NCBI GenBank assembly: GCA_022813865.1
Contig: JALDZX010000009.1
Location: 372,001 to 436,000, forward strand
From: Xylographa opegraphella
Lineage: Eukaryota
DNA length: 64,000 nucleotides
Direction: 5' to 3'
A program made the position numbers and the translations under genes. Within the stretch, counting starts at the first letter, position 1; each line of letters opens with the position of its first letter. The notes beneath the pieces are model-generated. The model worked only from the letters and a program-made list of their open reading frames with translations. It was not told where the DNA came from and made no database searches. Of this stretch, positions 1 to 13,207 are shown piece after piece.

Positions 1-579
1 ACGCTATGGGAAGTTCAAGAAGTGGAAATGAAATGTTTCTTGTTTGTGAAAAGCTTGGGTCGCGGAGGGCAATCGCAGGTGCTTATCAGGCCATAAACAG
101 TGGAGCTTGCCCCTGTGCAGCCTAGCTCCACACGCTATCGCCGCCTGTCCCGGCGACCTGTTGCTCACTATCCCCGTAGGACCTCCCCACCCTTGTTTTT
201 TCCTGCCGCCAATCTCAGCACGAGGATTTGTCCCGTTCGGGTAGTCGAGGCCCTACTCTAGAGCCATATCTCATCACGCCTTTGCTCTCTCCCTTTCCCT
301 CCCTCTACTCTTCCGGTGTTGTCACCGCCCGTACGCTCGCTCTACCCATCGTCGACGTAGTCAATTGGAGCGGTGAGCGAGGAAGAAAGAATCTCCCGTC
401 GCTACCTGGGCAAGTTTTCGATTATTTCTGGCCGGCCCTTATCGAAAACTTGAAAACAACAAACATTCGTTCGATAGCTTCAGAGGTGCTCTTTATCAAC
501 ATTCGCTCTTCAGAAAGGCCTGAACTGGTCATCACCGGTCGCTTCGCAAGCATTCACGCAAGACAGCGTGCTTAATATA

Positions 580-2223
580 ATGTTTACACACCTATTGTCC
601 GCCGCTGCAGTTTTTGCCACTATTGCCGTTCGCACCGCATCTGCTATACCTACCATATCACAGGTGGGCTCGAAGTTCTTCACCTCAGATGGCAAGCAAT
701 TCTACATCAAAGGCAAGACATCAAGCTCACTTGTTCTCGACGCAACCTAACGGGTCCCCATAGGTGTTGCCTATCAGCTAACGGGTGAGGCCTTCTGCTA
801 TGCGCCCTCCTACTTGGTCTGATAAAGTGCTCATCTCTCGATAAGAGGCCGATCCTTTGATCGATACCAATCAGTGTCAGCTCGATGCTTCTCTTATGCA
901 GCAGCTAGGTGCCAACACGATCCGAGTTTACCACGTTGACGCCAGTGCCAACCACGATGGCTGTATGTCGGCGTTTTCAGACGCTGGTATCTACTTATTC
1001 GTCGATCTGGATACGTTCAATACAGCGATAATTCAGGTAATACAGTCAGCCATGAGAGCAGTTGGCCAATACTTACATCGCGCTTCAGGAGGATCCTATG
1101 TTCAATCAAACCCAGCTGAATGATTTCCAAGCAGTGCTAGACACATTTCAGGTAGGACCTGAATGTACAAGCAGGATCTAAGATTGTCGGTGCTGAATTA
1201 TCACACAGCAATATGACAACCTTGCTGGAGTGTTCGTAGGAAACGAAGTTGTTAACTTCGGTACGAACCTTAAGGGAATATATCCGCATCGTCGCTAATC
1301 TCTGAGTCTAGCTAATGGCTCAGTCTCTGCTCCGTACATCAAAGCTGCAGCACGAGATGTTAAAGCTCACCGTGACTCGAAAGGATACCGACCGATTCCG
1401 GTTGGGTATTCAGCGGGTATGCTGGTTCACGGTTCTCTAATGCTGGAACACGGCTGACAAATATCCAGCTGATATTGCTGAGTTACGACCGTACCTGCAA
1501 AACTTCCTTGCCTGTGGTGGTGATCCTTCAGCGACTGTTGATTTCTTCTCCTTGAACGCTTACGAGTGGTGCGGTCCCGCTTCATATACCTCGTCTGGAT
1601 ACTCGCAACTCCAGGTAAACGCTTCGGATTATCCGCTCCCAATCTTCTTCTCGGAAACTGGCTGCAATACTGTTCCACCTAGGACTTTCTTAGATCAGGC
1701 AGCTATCTTCGGATCAGAGATGGTCGATACATGGTCTGGTGCTATCATATACGAATGGATCGAAGAGGCAAACAACTATGGTCTCATCAGCTACGGCCCC
1801 GAAGTTGCTGCAACTGCGACTGAGGGTGTAGGAGGCTTCATACGATCAGGGACTCCGACTCCGATTTCACCGGATTTTACAAATCTGAAGAACCAATGGG
1901 CTACTCTGACCCCTACGGGTGTATCACTCTCCGTATACTCCGTGTCTGTCTCCCGCCTTTCAACGCCTGCATGCCCAACCTCAACGCCAAATGGCTGGCT
2001 CGTTAATGGAAATGCTGCATTGCCTTCTATTGGCCAAACCGGAGCAGCAACTGCCACCACTGCTTCAGCCACCGGAGTCGCTACGTCCGGATCAGCAGCA
2101 TCAGGCACAGCGAGTGCTCCATCGCCATCTGCAACCAAGAGCACAGCAAATGGCGGTAGAGAGGTTGTCGGCATGACTATCGCCCTTGCGATTGTGATGT
2201 TGAGTTTCATCGTGTGGTTATAG
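580..2223 (+). CDS. GPI-anchored 1,3-beta-glucanosyltransferase (GH72, Gas/Gel family, Gel2-like, no X8 Cys-box); multi-exon
   Basis: Signal peptide MFTHLLSAAAVFATIAVRTASA; spliced motifs FYIKGVAYQ, LGANTIRVYHVD, FVGNEV, NAYEWCG and IFFSETGCN; Ser/Thr-rich stalk and hydrophobic C-terminus (GPI signal). Confidence 0.93.
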
Positions 2224-2798
2224 AGACGTCTGCTAAGTGGACAAACGACCTTCTTTCATTGTAAAATTGTTTGAGGTAGGTCTAATGGCATGCACTGGGC
2301 CATCCTTTTTTTTAATATTAGCCAATGGTGAAACCGCAAAAAAGGGAAATAGAGCTTGCATTGGGAGTTCGAGCGATGGATAGACATATGTAATGAGAGC
2401 ATGGTCATGGCTGCAGTATAAATGGAAATCACTCTGCGTTCGGATCGAATTTTCTTTGCCAATATCATGCACCGTATTTCTCATGTGATCTGAAGATTAG
2501 GGTAGCCGACCATCCATTTCCATTGTCATTTTGACTTCGCATCCGCAGATATTGTGGTAATAAATTAGATGAGCACTTGTTTTGTGTTCTCCACCACCTA
2601 CGACCAACACAATAGCGGCTCATGATATGTCTGTTCAATTGCAGTTAGCAGGAACACCTTAAGAGAGACCGTATCTCACATCTGGTCGTGGGTGGCAGAA
2701 ATTGTCAAAGTATTAATATCCAGTCACCTTCGCTGTTCAACTGCTAGTTGATTCGATTACCAGGACAATCTTACAATTGATAGCCAGAGGAGGAGAAC

Positions 2799-4599
2799 AT
2801 GGCAAAGTTTCTCGCGAAAGCAATGATACCGAGTGTGGCACGAGGAAGGAGATCTCGTATGCTCGTTGTTATGATCTGCGCTGCCTTGTCTACCGTGTAC
2901 TTCTGGGAAAGCCCCAAAAGTGTAAGCTTATTTCACCACGAGAGCCTGGTACTTGAATGTTGATTATTCTGAGGACATAATCTACGGGCTCTCATTGTCT
3001 CAACACCGTGGAGCGTCAGCCACAAGGCTTCCATTTGAAGATGTTTTTAATGACGAATCTCAGACTCATCAGCTGTCTCAGGACACCACCGGTATCTATC
3101 AAAATGATACACATCCAAAGCTCGTCCAGATTCGAGATCCTTCGTTCCATGTTATCATACCAGCGTCAGCCTCTAACGAAAGACTTTGCAAGACCCTCGT
3201 ATCATCGTTTCTTCTGAATTATCCCCCTCCAACTCTTGTAAACTTTGGCGAGATTTTCACGGGCGACAACTGGGACAATGGAAGTCACGCAGGCAAAATC
3301 AAAGGCGTCTACAATTTCCTTAGTGGAAATAGTCAAGTGTACGATGATGATTTGGTCTTGGTGATTGATGGCTACGATGTGTGGTTTCAGTTGCCACCTG
3401 AAGTACTGGTAAAAAGATACCACACCCTCATTAAAGATGCCAATCAACGACTTCGAAAGAAGTATGGAACAGCCACGAACAAGGTAACTTCAGAAGGCAC
3501 CATCAGATCAGGCATTCGATCATATGAGCAAACTGTAGTCTTTGGAGCAGACAAGCTTTGTTGGCCTAATGCCCCTGACGATCCAGCTTGTGCTTCGCTT
3601 CCTGAGTCTACGTTACCAAACGACAGTTACGGCAAGAAAACAGACCAAGACCCTGAAGGCTTCAACAACAGGCCCCGGTACCTGAACTCAGGCACAATCA
3701 TAGGCCCCGCGAGCGATGTCCGGGCTGTGTATAAGCGGGCTCTCGAGAAAGCCGACCAAGGTTTGGGTGCCATTGGCGATCAGTTCGTCTTTGCGGAAAT
3801 TCTCGGCGAGCAAGAATACGACCGGGACCTTTCCAACCCAAATGCACGTAAGTCATGGTTTACAGGTCTTTCTGGGATTCTTAGTCCGTTCCAATCATCA
3901 TTACCTGCTCCGAACGCAGTGAAGAATATAACGCTTATCCCAAAGCGACGATATGAATACTCTATCGGCTTGGATTATACATCTTCCCTCTTCCAAACGA
4001 TGACTCATTCCAGCGAAGACATCAGATTCACGACGTACAACAATGTCACAAGCAGGTTGTCGAGCAAGCGAAAGGATATGCCATTAGACGTGTCAAGCGC
4101 CCGTCCTCCATATCCCAGCAACGACACACTCACTAGACTCATGACGAACAAAATTCTCCCGCTTTCCGAATCACTCGATAAACTTCCCTCCAATGGCCGG
4201 AACACTTGGCTCAACACCCCTCTAGCAACCAATATACGATCGCTCACCGTGCATACCCTGTTGCATATCAACGGCGACAAGTCTCTCCTAGACTCTTGGT
4301 GGTCCTCGATGTGGTTTCAACCCAATGCTCGAGCACTTCTACGACATTACATTCGCACGCCCCAGCCTTTTCTGTGGGGAACCGTCGGGGGCCAGGAGCA
4401 TATGTGGGATAGGCGCGGAGGTAGAGGTGGGGTGTGGACGTCAGACGGAAGGTGGCTGGCGTGGGGAGAGATATGTGAGGGGGCGGAAGAAAGCGTATTT
4501 GAGGATGGCAAGGGGAAGTGGGGAGAAGAGGAAGGGGATGGGAGAACGTGGAACAGCTTTGGCAAGCAGATAACTGGAGAAGTGGATGGCGATAATTGA
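2799..4599 (+). CDS. Type II membrane protein with a PLOD/lysyl-hydroxylase-type glycosyltransferase-like domain
   Basis: Exon 1 (2799-2921) encodes a basic stretch plus a hydrophobic anchor; intron 2922-2973 joins it in frame to the 548-aa ORF; motifs LVLVIDGYDVWFQ, VFGADKLCWP, RYLNSGTIIG and GDQFVF. Confidence 0.72.
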
Positions 4600-4877
4600 G
4601 TGGCATAAAAGAATGAGAATTGCTTTATCGTCAGAGCTCTGTCTGTTGGTGTTCTATTTGGGTTTATCGGAAGCCGCGGGAAGCAAACTCGTGAGAAATG
4701 GGTTTCATAGTGAATCACGCTAGTGGTGTCTGTCATCGGTCTTCGGTAGAACTATTCGCCATAAGCTGTCGCGCGGGTTTTGAAATCCTAAGCGCGTCAA
4801 ATTATCAGGCTTCTCAAATAGACAGTTGATACACTGCGAACCCTTCCCAACGCCACACTTGTCACCAAGCTCTCAAG

Positions 4878-6717
4878 ATGCAGGCCCCTGTGGTGGTTAT
4901 GAGTGACGTCCCCAGCTCCATTGGAGCTAGTTCAGCTACTAACAAAACGCAGATACGCAGTCTGGTGATAGACAAGTAGGACGAAAAGCTCAGCTCTCGA
5001 ATATTACTGCAGCAAAGACGTAAACTATGCTTCTCATGCTTCTATTGCGGAGCCTTGGAGCTAACATAGGCTCCATAGCGTCGCTGATATAATAAGATCA
5101 TGTCTCGGTCCAAAAGCCATGCTAAAGATGCTCTTGGACCCAATGGGCGGGATTGTCCTGACGAACGACGGCCATGCAATTCTCCGGGAAATCGAAGTTG
5201 CTCATCCGGCCGCGAAGAGTATGATTGAGCTCAGTCGTACGCAAGATGAGGAGGTGGGCGATGGGACTACAACTGTTATTATCTTAGGTCTTGATTTCCG
5301 TCATCTGAAATAGGTCGGGGAACTGCTGACCCCGAATAGCCGGAGAGATACTCGCTCACGCGTTACCGCAGCTCGAACGGAACATCCATCCTGTCGTCAT
5401 TATTTCTGCTTTCAAGAGAGCGCTAGCCGATGCGCTGAACATTGTGGAGGAGATCTCAATGCCGGTGAACATAAACGACGATGAGGCCATGTCAGATCTG
5501 ATTTCCTCCTCTATAGGGACTAAATTTGTCTCGCGGTGGTCCACGCTAATGTGCCAACTCGCTTTGAAAGCCGTGCGGACTGTATCGTTTGATATTGGCG
5601 GTGGAAAGAAAGAGGTGGATATCAAGCGGTACGCTAAGGTCGAGAAAATACCAGGAGGCGAGATTGAAGACAGTAGAGTACTCGACGGGGTGATGCTGAA
5701 TAAAGATATTACTCATCCGAAGATGAGGCGGCGAATCGAGAATCCCAGAGTAGTGCTACTAGACTGTCCACTGGAGTACAAGAAAGGTGAATCTCAAACG
5801 AATATTGAGATTAGCAAGGAGGAGGACTGGAACCGGATATTACAGATTGAAGAAGAACAAGTCAAGCACATGTGTGACGCCATACTTGCCTTGAAACCTG
5901 ATCTTGTTATCACGGAAAAGGGGGTTTCAGATCTGGCTCAGCATTTCCTAGTCAAGAACAACGTTACAGCATTACGAAGGGTACGGAAAACAGATAATAA
6001 TCGTATCGCACGAGCAACCGGAGCAACGATTGTCAATCGAGTCGATGATCTCCAAGAATCAGACGTTGGTACACACTGTGGTCTTTTCGAGATAGAAAAG
6101 ATCGGAGACGAGTACTTCACATTCATTCGAAAATGTAAAATCCCCAAAGCTTGTACCATCATCCTTCGGGGTCCTTCGAAAGACATTCTCAATGAGATTG
6201 AACGAAATTTATCAGATGCGATGTCTGTTGCACGGAATGTCATGTTTCATCCACGTCTATCACCCGGCGGTGGCGCCACAGAAATGGCCGTGTCGGTACG
6301 CCTAGCACAGATGGCCAAAGGCGTAGAGGGTGTGGCACAGTGGCCGTACAAAGCAGTTGGCGAAGCTATGGCTATTATTCCGAGGACATTGGTACAAAAC
6401 TCTGGGAGCAGCCAGATCTTGCCTGTTCTTTCAGAACTGAGTGCCAAACATGCTGAGGGTCTACATACGTGGGGCATCAACGGCGACACAGGCAAGATCG
6501 CGGATATGAGAACATATGGGGTCTGGGAGCCTGAGGCGGTCAAGCTGCAGAGCATCAAAACAGCGATAGAGGTAAGCTATAAATCCTGTTGGGCCTTTTT
6601 GACGGACTAATGAATAATCTCCAGTCTGCGTGCTTGCTCCTCCGGGTCGACGATATCTGTAGTGCCAGGTCGGCGAAGCAGGCGGGTGGTAATATGGGGG
6701 GCGGCGGTGATGATTAG
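4878..6717 (+). CDS. CCT3: T-complex protein 1 subunit gamma (CCT/TRiC chaperonin)
   Basis: MQAPVVVM start; SCLGPKAMLKM, TNDGHAIL, EVGDGTTT, YKKGESQTNIEI and PGGGATEM; last exon SACLLLRVDDI...GGGGDD*. Confidence 0.97.
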
Positions 6718-7308
6718 ACATTTGCTTGGATGGTTTACATGTGCAAGATACCAAAAAGGGCAGCTTCCATCATTAAATATGGCAGTCAAGGTGTACCATG
6801 ATTGGCAGGCGCTCATCTCATGATCTACCACTTGTTTCATGGGGTACCAGGCCCTTCGATAAGCGCGTCCCAGCACGTTCGGAACGTATCCGTACTATTC
6901 TGTAGCAATCAATGAACTTCAAGGCACTGGGTAGCATCGAGCATCAAGAAATATGGTTGTGAAACTTATTGTGATAGTTAGAGTGTAAATAGAGTTTCGC
7001 AACCGCTGTCCAAGCCCTTATCGCAAATTAGCGCTATCGATACAGTAATAGGCGGAATCAACGTCATCAGGTACCAAGAATTACTCAGAATGATAATTCT
7101 ACACCTGGCAGAACCTGTGAGGTCGCATTCTCAAGGTAATAGGGTAACTTGAATACTTTATATGTGACTTTGTACGCATTGTACATATAATATATATTGT
7201 ACAAACTCTGACCAGCGCTCGTATTTGCGTTGGTCTGGAATTTGGCTGTTCAACTTTTACAACAATACATCTACTGAGATCAATCATAACATTATATCAT
7301 TACCGAAG

Positions 7309-8750
7309 ATGGGGAAACCTAGGCTCATCATCCTGATACGACATGCTCAGTCCGACGGAAACAGTGTGGTTCCTGTCTCCCATCTCTGTACCCCAAGCTG
7401 ATCTCTCTTACAGAGAACCGCGACATACATCAAACCGTCCCTGACCATCGCGTCAAGCTCACACCGGAAGGATGGAAACAAGTATTTTGCTTTCCCTCGG
7501 CGTCGAGAAGAACCCCACTGACGCTTTCCCATCAGGCCGAAGAAGCTGGCCGAAAACTGCGCTCCCTACTCAAGCCCTCCGACACCCTTCACTTCTTCAC
7601 CTCCCCATACCTCCGCACTCGTGAAACCACAGAAGGCATCCTCTCTTCTCTTACCTCTTCCGATCCTTCGCCCTCGCCTTTTCCACGCCACACCATCAAA
7701 GTCTACGAGGAACCGCGCTTGCGTGAGCAGGACTTCGGTAACTTTCAACCTTGCTCCGCCGAAATGACACGCATGTGGCAAGAGCGCGCAGATTATGGGC
7801 ACTTCTTCTATAGGATACCGAACGGAGAGTCCGCAGCTGATGCTTACGATCGCGTCTCCGGCTTCAATGAGAGTTTATGGAGGAGTTTCGGGGAAAAGGA
7901 TTTTGCGAGCGTATGTGTGCTGGTTACGCACGGACTCATGACAAGGGTGTTCTTGATGAAATGGTATCATTATAGTGTCGAGTATTTCGAGGACCTGCGG
8001 AATGTCAACCACTGCGAGTTTGTGGTTATGCGGCTGGATCGTGATAGCGGAAAGTATAACTTACAGAACCAGTTGCGGACATGGAGTGAGCTTAGAGAGG
8101 AGAAGAGGGCGAAAGAGAGCGGAAGCCCGATAATACCAATGAGGAAGAAGTGGGGTGGCTGCCCGGACGGGTGCGATCATACGGCAACCAGTAGGAAGAG
8201 GGCCGCGAAAAGGCAGAATACATCAGATTTGTTTCTGGAGGATGGGACGACAGATTTGGAGATCGTGGAGGCAAAGCTGCAGCAAATTGGGAATATTGTT
8301 GATGCAGGCCAGGAGCGCCCAAGGGCCATGATCGAGAATGATGTCCGTGGCAGAGCGTTCTCACCACATGAAAAGGAAGGACATCCCGGTGAAAACAAGC
8401 ATTCAGCCTCGCAGCGGACGAACGGGCACAAGAATAACAAAGACGCGGTCACGTCGCTGAGCAAGCTGGATGTGCTTAAAATAGGGCGAGATGGCGGGGG
8501 CTCCCTGTCAGGAGCCGCGAGCCGTTCCGGCTCTGAGGAAAGCACCGAGCGAGAGCGGGAGGCGGGACAAAGGAGGACATATCCGAGCAGTATGGCTTTG
8601 GCGCTCGGGGGGGTACTTGAGGGTGAGGAGGGCATGCGGACAGGACAACGAGCGGACGCACTAGGAGATCAGAGCGATGCGGAAGAGGGGGAAGGAGATC
8701 TGGAGAGGCAAGAACGCGTAGATAGAAGTTTCTCTGGTGCGGTCTACTAG
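7309..8750 (+). CDS. Histidine phosphatase / phosphoglycerate mutase family, DET1-like broad-range acid phosphatase
   Basis: MGKPRLIILIRHAQSDGN, FTSPYLRTRET, EEPRLREQDFGNFQ, GESAADAYDR and LVTHG; two short introns near the 5' end. Confidence 0.88.
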
Positions 8751-9054
8751 TAGGATAGCTGGGAAGAGAGATACCCGTCCGTTGCAGTTAGCAGATATAT
8801 CGTTTGTAGCGACCAATAGCGTACTCGATCTCAATATTTACCTTCTAGTTGACGGATAGTTTGAGTATCGTATATAGATTTTAAGTTCAGTCATCCAATG
8901 TATTCGAGCGAACGTTCTGCACTAATCTTAAATTGCTTCATATCCAATGACCTCGCCTCCAACGATTTAGGTCAACATTACAATGCTTCGATGTTCTCCA
9001 TGAAGCGCACATAAAATACATCCTTCACCAAGTGGGACCTTACCCGAACGCTCA

Positions 9055-10554
9055 ATGGATCAACTTACCAAACCCGAAGAGCCATCAGGCTCCCAACGCC
9101 CCAGCAGACACATCTCCCACAACCGCTGTTCGTCTCCCTTCTCTCACGATATTCTCTCTGCATTCAATCGCCCGCTCACAACCTAAATAGCCTCCCTCCC
9201 GCGCCGCACCGTCGTAGGCCCTCTCGAAGCCGACGAGTACGTACTCGACCTCAACCCCAGCCTGTCCCACGACTCACAAACTAACATCCACCCCCCAGCC
9301 CCCTCGCCGACCCACCTGCTCCGCCTCCCAAAGAAGAGCCCGTCATCTCCTCGCCGCTCTCACTCACCAGCCCCCTCTCCCTCCCCTCCAGCCTCGCCTC
9401 CCTCTCTCTCTCCGCCCCCTCCCCAGACTTTGGCTTCCTCCTCCGCCCCTCGCTCTACCACCCCCTCACCAACCACGTACGTGCCCCCCCCCCCTCCAAT
9501 TTCCCTTACTAACTAACCCTCCCAGAACATCCCCACCCCCTTCCGCACCTCCCCCAACGCCCCCGACCCCACCACCCCCCTCCCCATCCTCCTCGCGCAC
9601 GGCCACTTCCGCCCCGCCGCCGTCCTCGCCGCCTCCCTGCTCACCACCCCCCCACTACCCACCCTCCCCGCCGACATCTTCCCCCTCCTCTACGTCCGCC
9701 TCGCGTGCCTCGTCCTCATCGACGCCCAGCCCCTCGCGGCGCAGGAGGCCCAGGCCCTCGGCGACGTCGCCACCCTGCTGTACCGCCACCCGCTGACGGG
9801 CGCCCACCTCCTGCCATGGGAGCTGCGTGTGCTGCTCGTTCGCCTCGCCGGCCCGGGCGCCCGGGAAGTTGCGGGGTATTACGAGCTGGCGAGGGAGGCG
9901 CGGGTGGAGGCGCGCAAGGGGAATGGTGGTCCCGAGAGGGAGCTATGGAGGGGCAGGTTGCGGGACCTCGGGCTCAGGGTCGTGGGGGCCTTGGTCCTGA
10001 TGGGGGACGGGGCTGCGGCGGCGAGGACGCTGCGGGGCATGAAAGGGGACGGCACGGACGAGGCACTATGGCGAAGCCGAATGGCGCTCCTGTACCTCCA
10101 GATCGGCGACCTCAAGACCGCAAGGACGTTCATCGACCCCGCCCCTCCCTCTACCACCACGACCACCACCACGACCACCACCACGACCACCACCACGACC
10201 ACCACGGACCAAGACCCGCACACCGCCCTCCTGCGCCCGCTCCTCGCCCTCGCGGAGGGTGATCCCGAGCGCGCGGTCGCGCTGCTGTCCGCCTCGCCCG
10301 CCGACCCGTTGCTGACGCATAACCTGGGCGTGTGTCTCGTCTACGCCGGGCGGGCGGCCGAGGCGCGCCCGCTGCTGGAGGGCTTGGTCGATGGCGGGCA
10401 TGCGTTTCGCACGCTGCTGTTTAATCTGGCGACGGTGTATGAGCTGTGTTCGGAGGGGGCGAGGGGGTTGAAGGTCGGGTTGGCGGGGAGGGTGGCGGGC
10501 TTGGAGGGGAGGCCGTGGGGGTGGGAGAGGGGGGAGGGGGATTTTAAACTGTAG
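9055..10554 (+). CDS. TPR protein, TRAPPC12-like (trafficking protein particle complex subunit 12)
   Basis: LLPWELRVLLVRL, MALLYLQIGDL, HNLGVCLVYAGRAAEAR, LLFNLATVYELCSE and the C-terminal GDFKL; 5' exons inferred from GT/CTAAC/AG signals, so the start is less certain. Confidence 0.7.
10153..10206 (+). repeat. (ACC/ACG)n coding microsatellite, poly-Thr tract
   Basis: ACCACCACCACG units; 54 nt encoding 18 Thr. Confidence 0.9.
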
Positions 10555-11382
10555 TGGGGGAGGGGAGATGGGAGGTGGGGAGGAGGAGGGAGGAGGAGGA
10601 GGGGAGGGAAGAGGGATGGGTTGCTGGGCTTTCTTGGGGGGGGGGGTGTGTTTGTTGGCGGATCTTGCGGGAGCAGCGGCTTCGAGTTTCGGATTGCAGA
10701 TGCGGGCGTGATGTACGGATGGAGGAGGTCATCCGTCCTCATATCTGCGGCTAATCGATGCACGTGAACCCTTGGAATGTAAAGCGGAAGAGGCACTGAT
10801 CAGTCAGGTTCGTTGTCCACCGTGGCGAATCACCATGACATGCAAGGGGAACACACATGAGTGACCAGTCCACCGCCCAGCATCGTTGATGGAGCCAGGA
10901 CAGACAGACAGAGCATGCTCGGAAGAAATGAGCCCACATCGTCACGTTGGTAGGGTACGTCTTGAAAACGAACATGTGGCACGGGGAAATTTACGAGCAC
11001 CAGGGAAGACACCCATGAGCAATAACAGGCAAGTAGAAGTATTGGTCAAGTAGAGCTCATAAAATCACGAATATGTTTACATTCTGTTGGTACTCAGGAT
11101 CCGCAAAACTTTTAATGCAACGCAAACAGCACTCGAGCGATAACATAATCAACAAGTGCTAAAAGGGTCGGCGAGGGAGGGCACGTCGTGCCATTATGCT
11201 ATTCGGACGAGATACCCAACACCTGGGAGAAGTACCCGCCGGGCTGCTCACGCAATTGTACACCATTAACACCAAAAATGCAGCTCAAGATTAGCTGGAA
11301 AGCATTATTAGCCCGCGATCAACAATACCCCTCCTCAAGTCTTTGTTGCTGCCATACGTAACCTTCGTCGCTTTGCGTCACC

Positions 11383-12233
11383 TCATAAAATCACACAGCA
11401 TCCTCGTCCCTCTCCTTTCTCGAATGTGAGTAGCGCAGCTCGAGTAGCCGCTTCAAACACGTCGTCTACTCCCTCACCAGTGAGCGACGAACACTCCAGA
11501 TATTTCCGAGCTCCGATCTCGTGGGCGATGTCATTGCCCTCTTTCGAGGTGGTGAAGTGCAGTGACTTTTTTCGCATTTCTTCTTGAGCGATAGGATCGT
11601 CACGAAGGTCTTTCTTAAGACCAACAAGGATAATGGGAACGTCAGGACACCGCTCAGTGGCCTCTTCGACCCACTGTAGACACGGTTGTTAGCAGGCGTT
11701 GGAATGTGGAGATGGAGACAAACTTTGTGTTTGACATTATCTAGAGAGTCTGGTGTATCTATCGAGAAGCCGATGAGTATAACGTGGGCTTTTGAGTAAG
11801 CCAGTGGCCTCAGGCGCTCGTAGTCTTCTTGACCAGCCGTGTCCCACAGTGCCAACTGGACGGACTTTCCATCGACTCGGCAATCTGTTACGTAATTCTC
11901 AAAGACGGTTGGGACCTGTGTGTTAGAGGTCATGAGCATGTAGGCAAAAGGTAGCAATTTTCTGGTCGCAACGTGAACTCACGTAGTGCTAAGAGCAAAT
12001 TAGCCATGGACGAGGCGGGAATAACATTGCCCTACTGTTGGAAAATAACCCAGTGTGAAAACACTTAGAAGACTTGTTTTGCCACAAGCTCCGTCACCTA
12101 TGATCACAAGTTTCCTGGGAAAAAATACTCCGTTAGTTCGTTCCACGATACAGTGGCAGTCTGTCGTCCAAGCCCGGGCTCTCTGTTGAGCTACTTACCG
12201 TCGCATAACATCCGGACCTCCTTGGCCTGCCAT
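11383..12233 (-). CDS. RHO2: Rho-family GTPase Rho2
   Basis: Spliced product [28 protein letters not shown]...[42 protein letters not shown], and CCVIL CAAX end. Confidence 0.95.
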
Positions 12234-13207
12234 ATCTAAAGCGTAGGCCCTTCTTTCTTCGATTGCTAGATGATGTAGATAAGGATTGAGTATAAGGATT
12301 GGTAAGAATAGAGGTCGTCCCGATATTTAAGCGGCTACCTTCCACTTTCTTCTCACAACCCAGATGTAATTCTGAACCTGATAGAACCAGTTGCTAAAGA
12401 CTCTTGTCCCCTTGTGTGAATGCTAAGCTCTAAATCCATATCTTGTCAGAACAAATCCAGCTCAATGAGAAATCATAACATCGGAGCATTGTACTCGACA
12501 TCCCTTGTAATCGCGCAATTACCCACGATCGAATGTGAGACCCTTCGTGGTACAACCGAGGAGGTAGTGCTGACCTTTTCGAAACCTGATTGCAATTGCC
12601 ACAACTCAACGTATCAGCCACCTCCGCCGGCTCCGCCGAGGCTATCTTCCCCGTCCAGGACAGCAGTACCGATTGTTCTTTAGACCATTGAGCACAAGCC
12701 CCTACCAAGAGCCTTCGAGTGTTTTGCTGGCTGGTAGACTGAGTAGATTGGTATCGTAGATCGGGGGTGTATGGTGTAATAGGTTGAGGCCGGAGTACAA
12801 GCCGACGCTCATCGATTAAGCTCAAAAGCCGATGTTGCAGTAGCGCGTCAGCCCTACGCATTACGGACGTCGCTCGGATTTTGCCGTGATGTGTACCTGA
12901 GAAGGGTTGTCTTGCAGTAGCGAATCATGAGATTTTGTAGTAATACTTTTCCTATCTCCCTCTCCACACTGTTCGGACTTCGATCTTGATGCTTATACTC
13001 GGTACTGAGTTCATCGGACCTGGACCAAAAGGCTGTCTGAGTGCCGCTGGTGGGGAACTACCAGCACCATAGAGGGGCTTCTCAACATCAACACCGAACA
13101 GTCTTTAAGATCACACAACCACTCGACTTTGGCCAGAAACCCATCCATCGTCCGTTGCCAAAGCTACAACCAACACTTCACCACTCGAAACGGTCGGCCT
13201 CTCCGCC

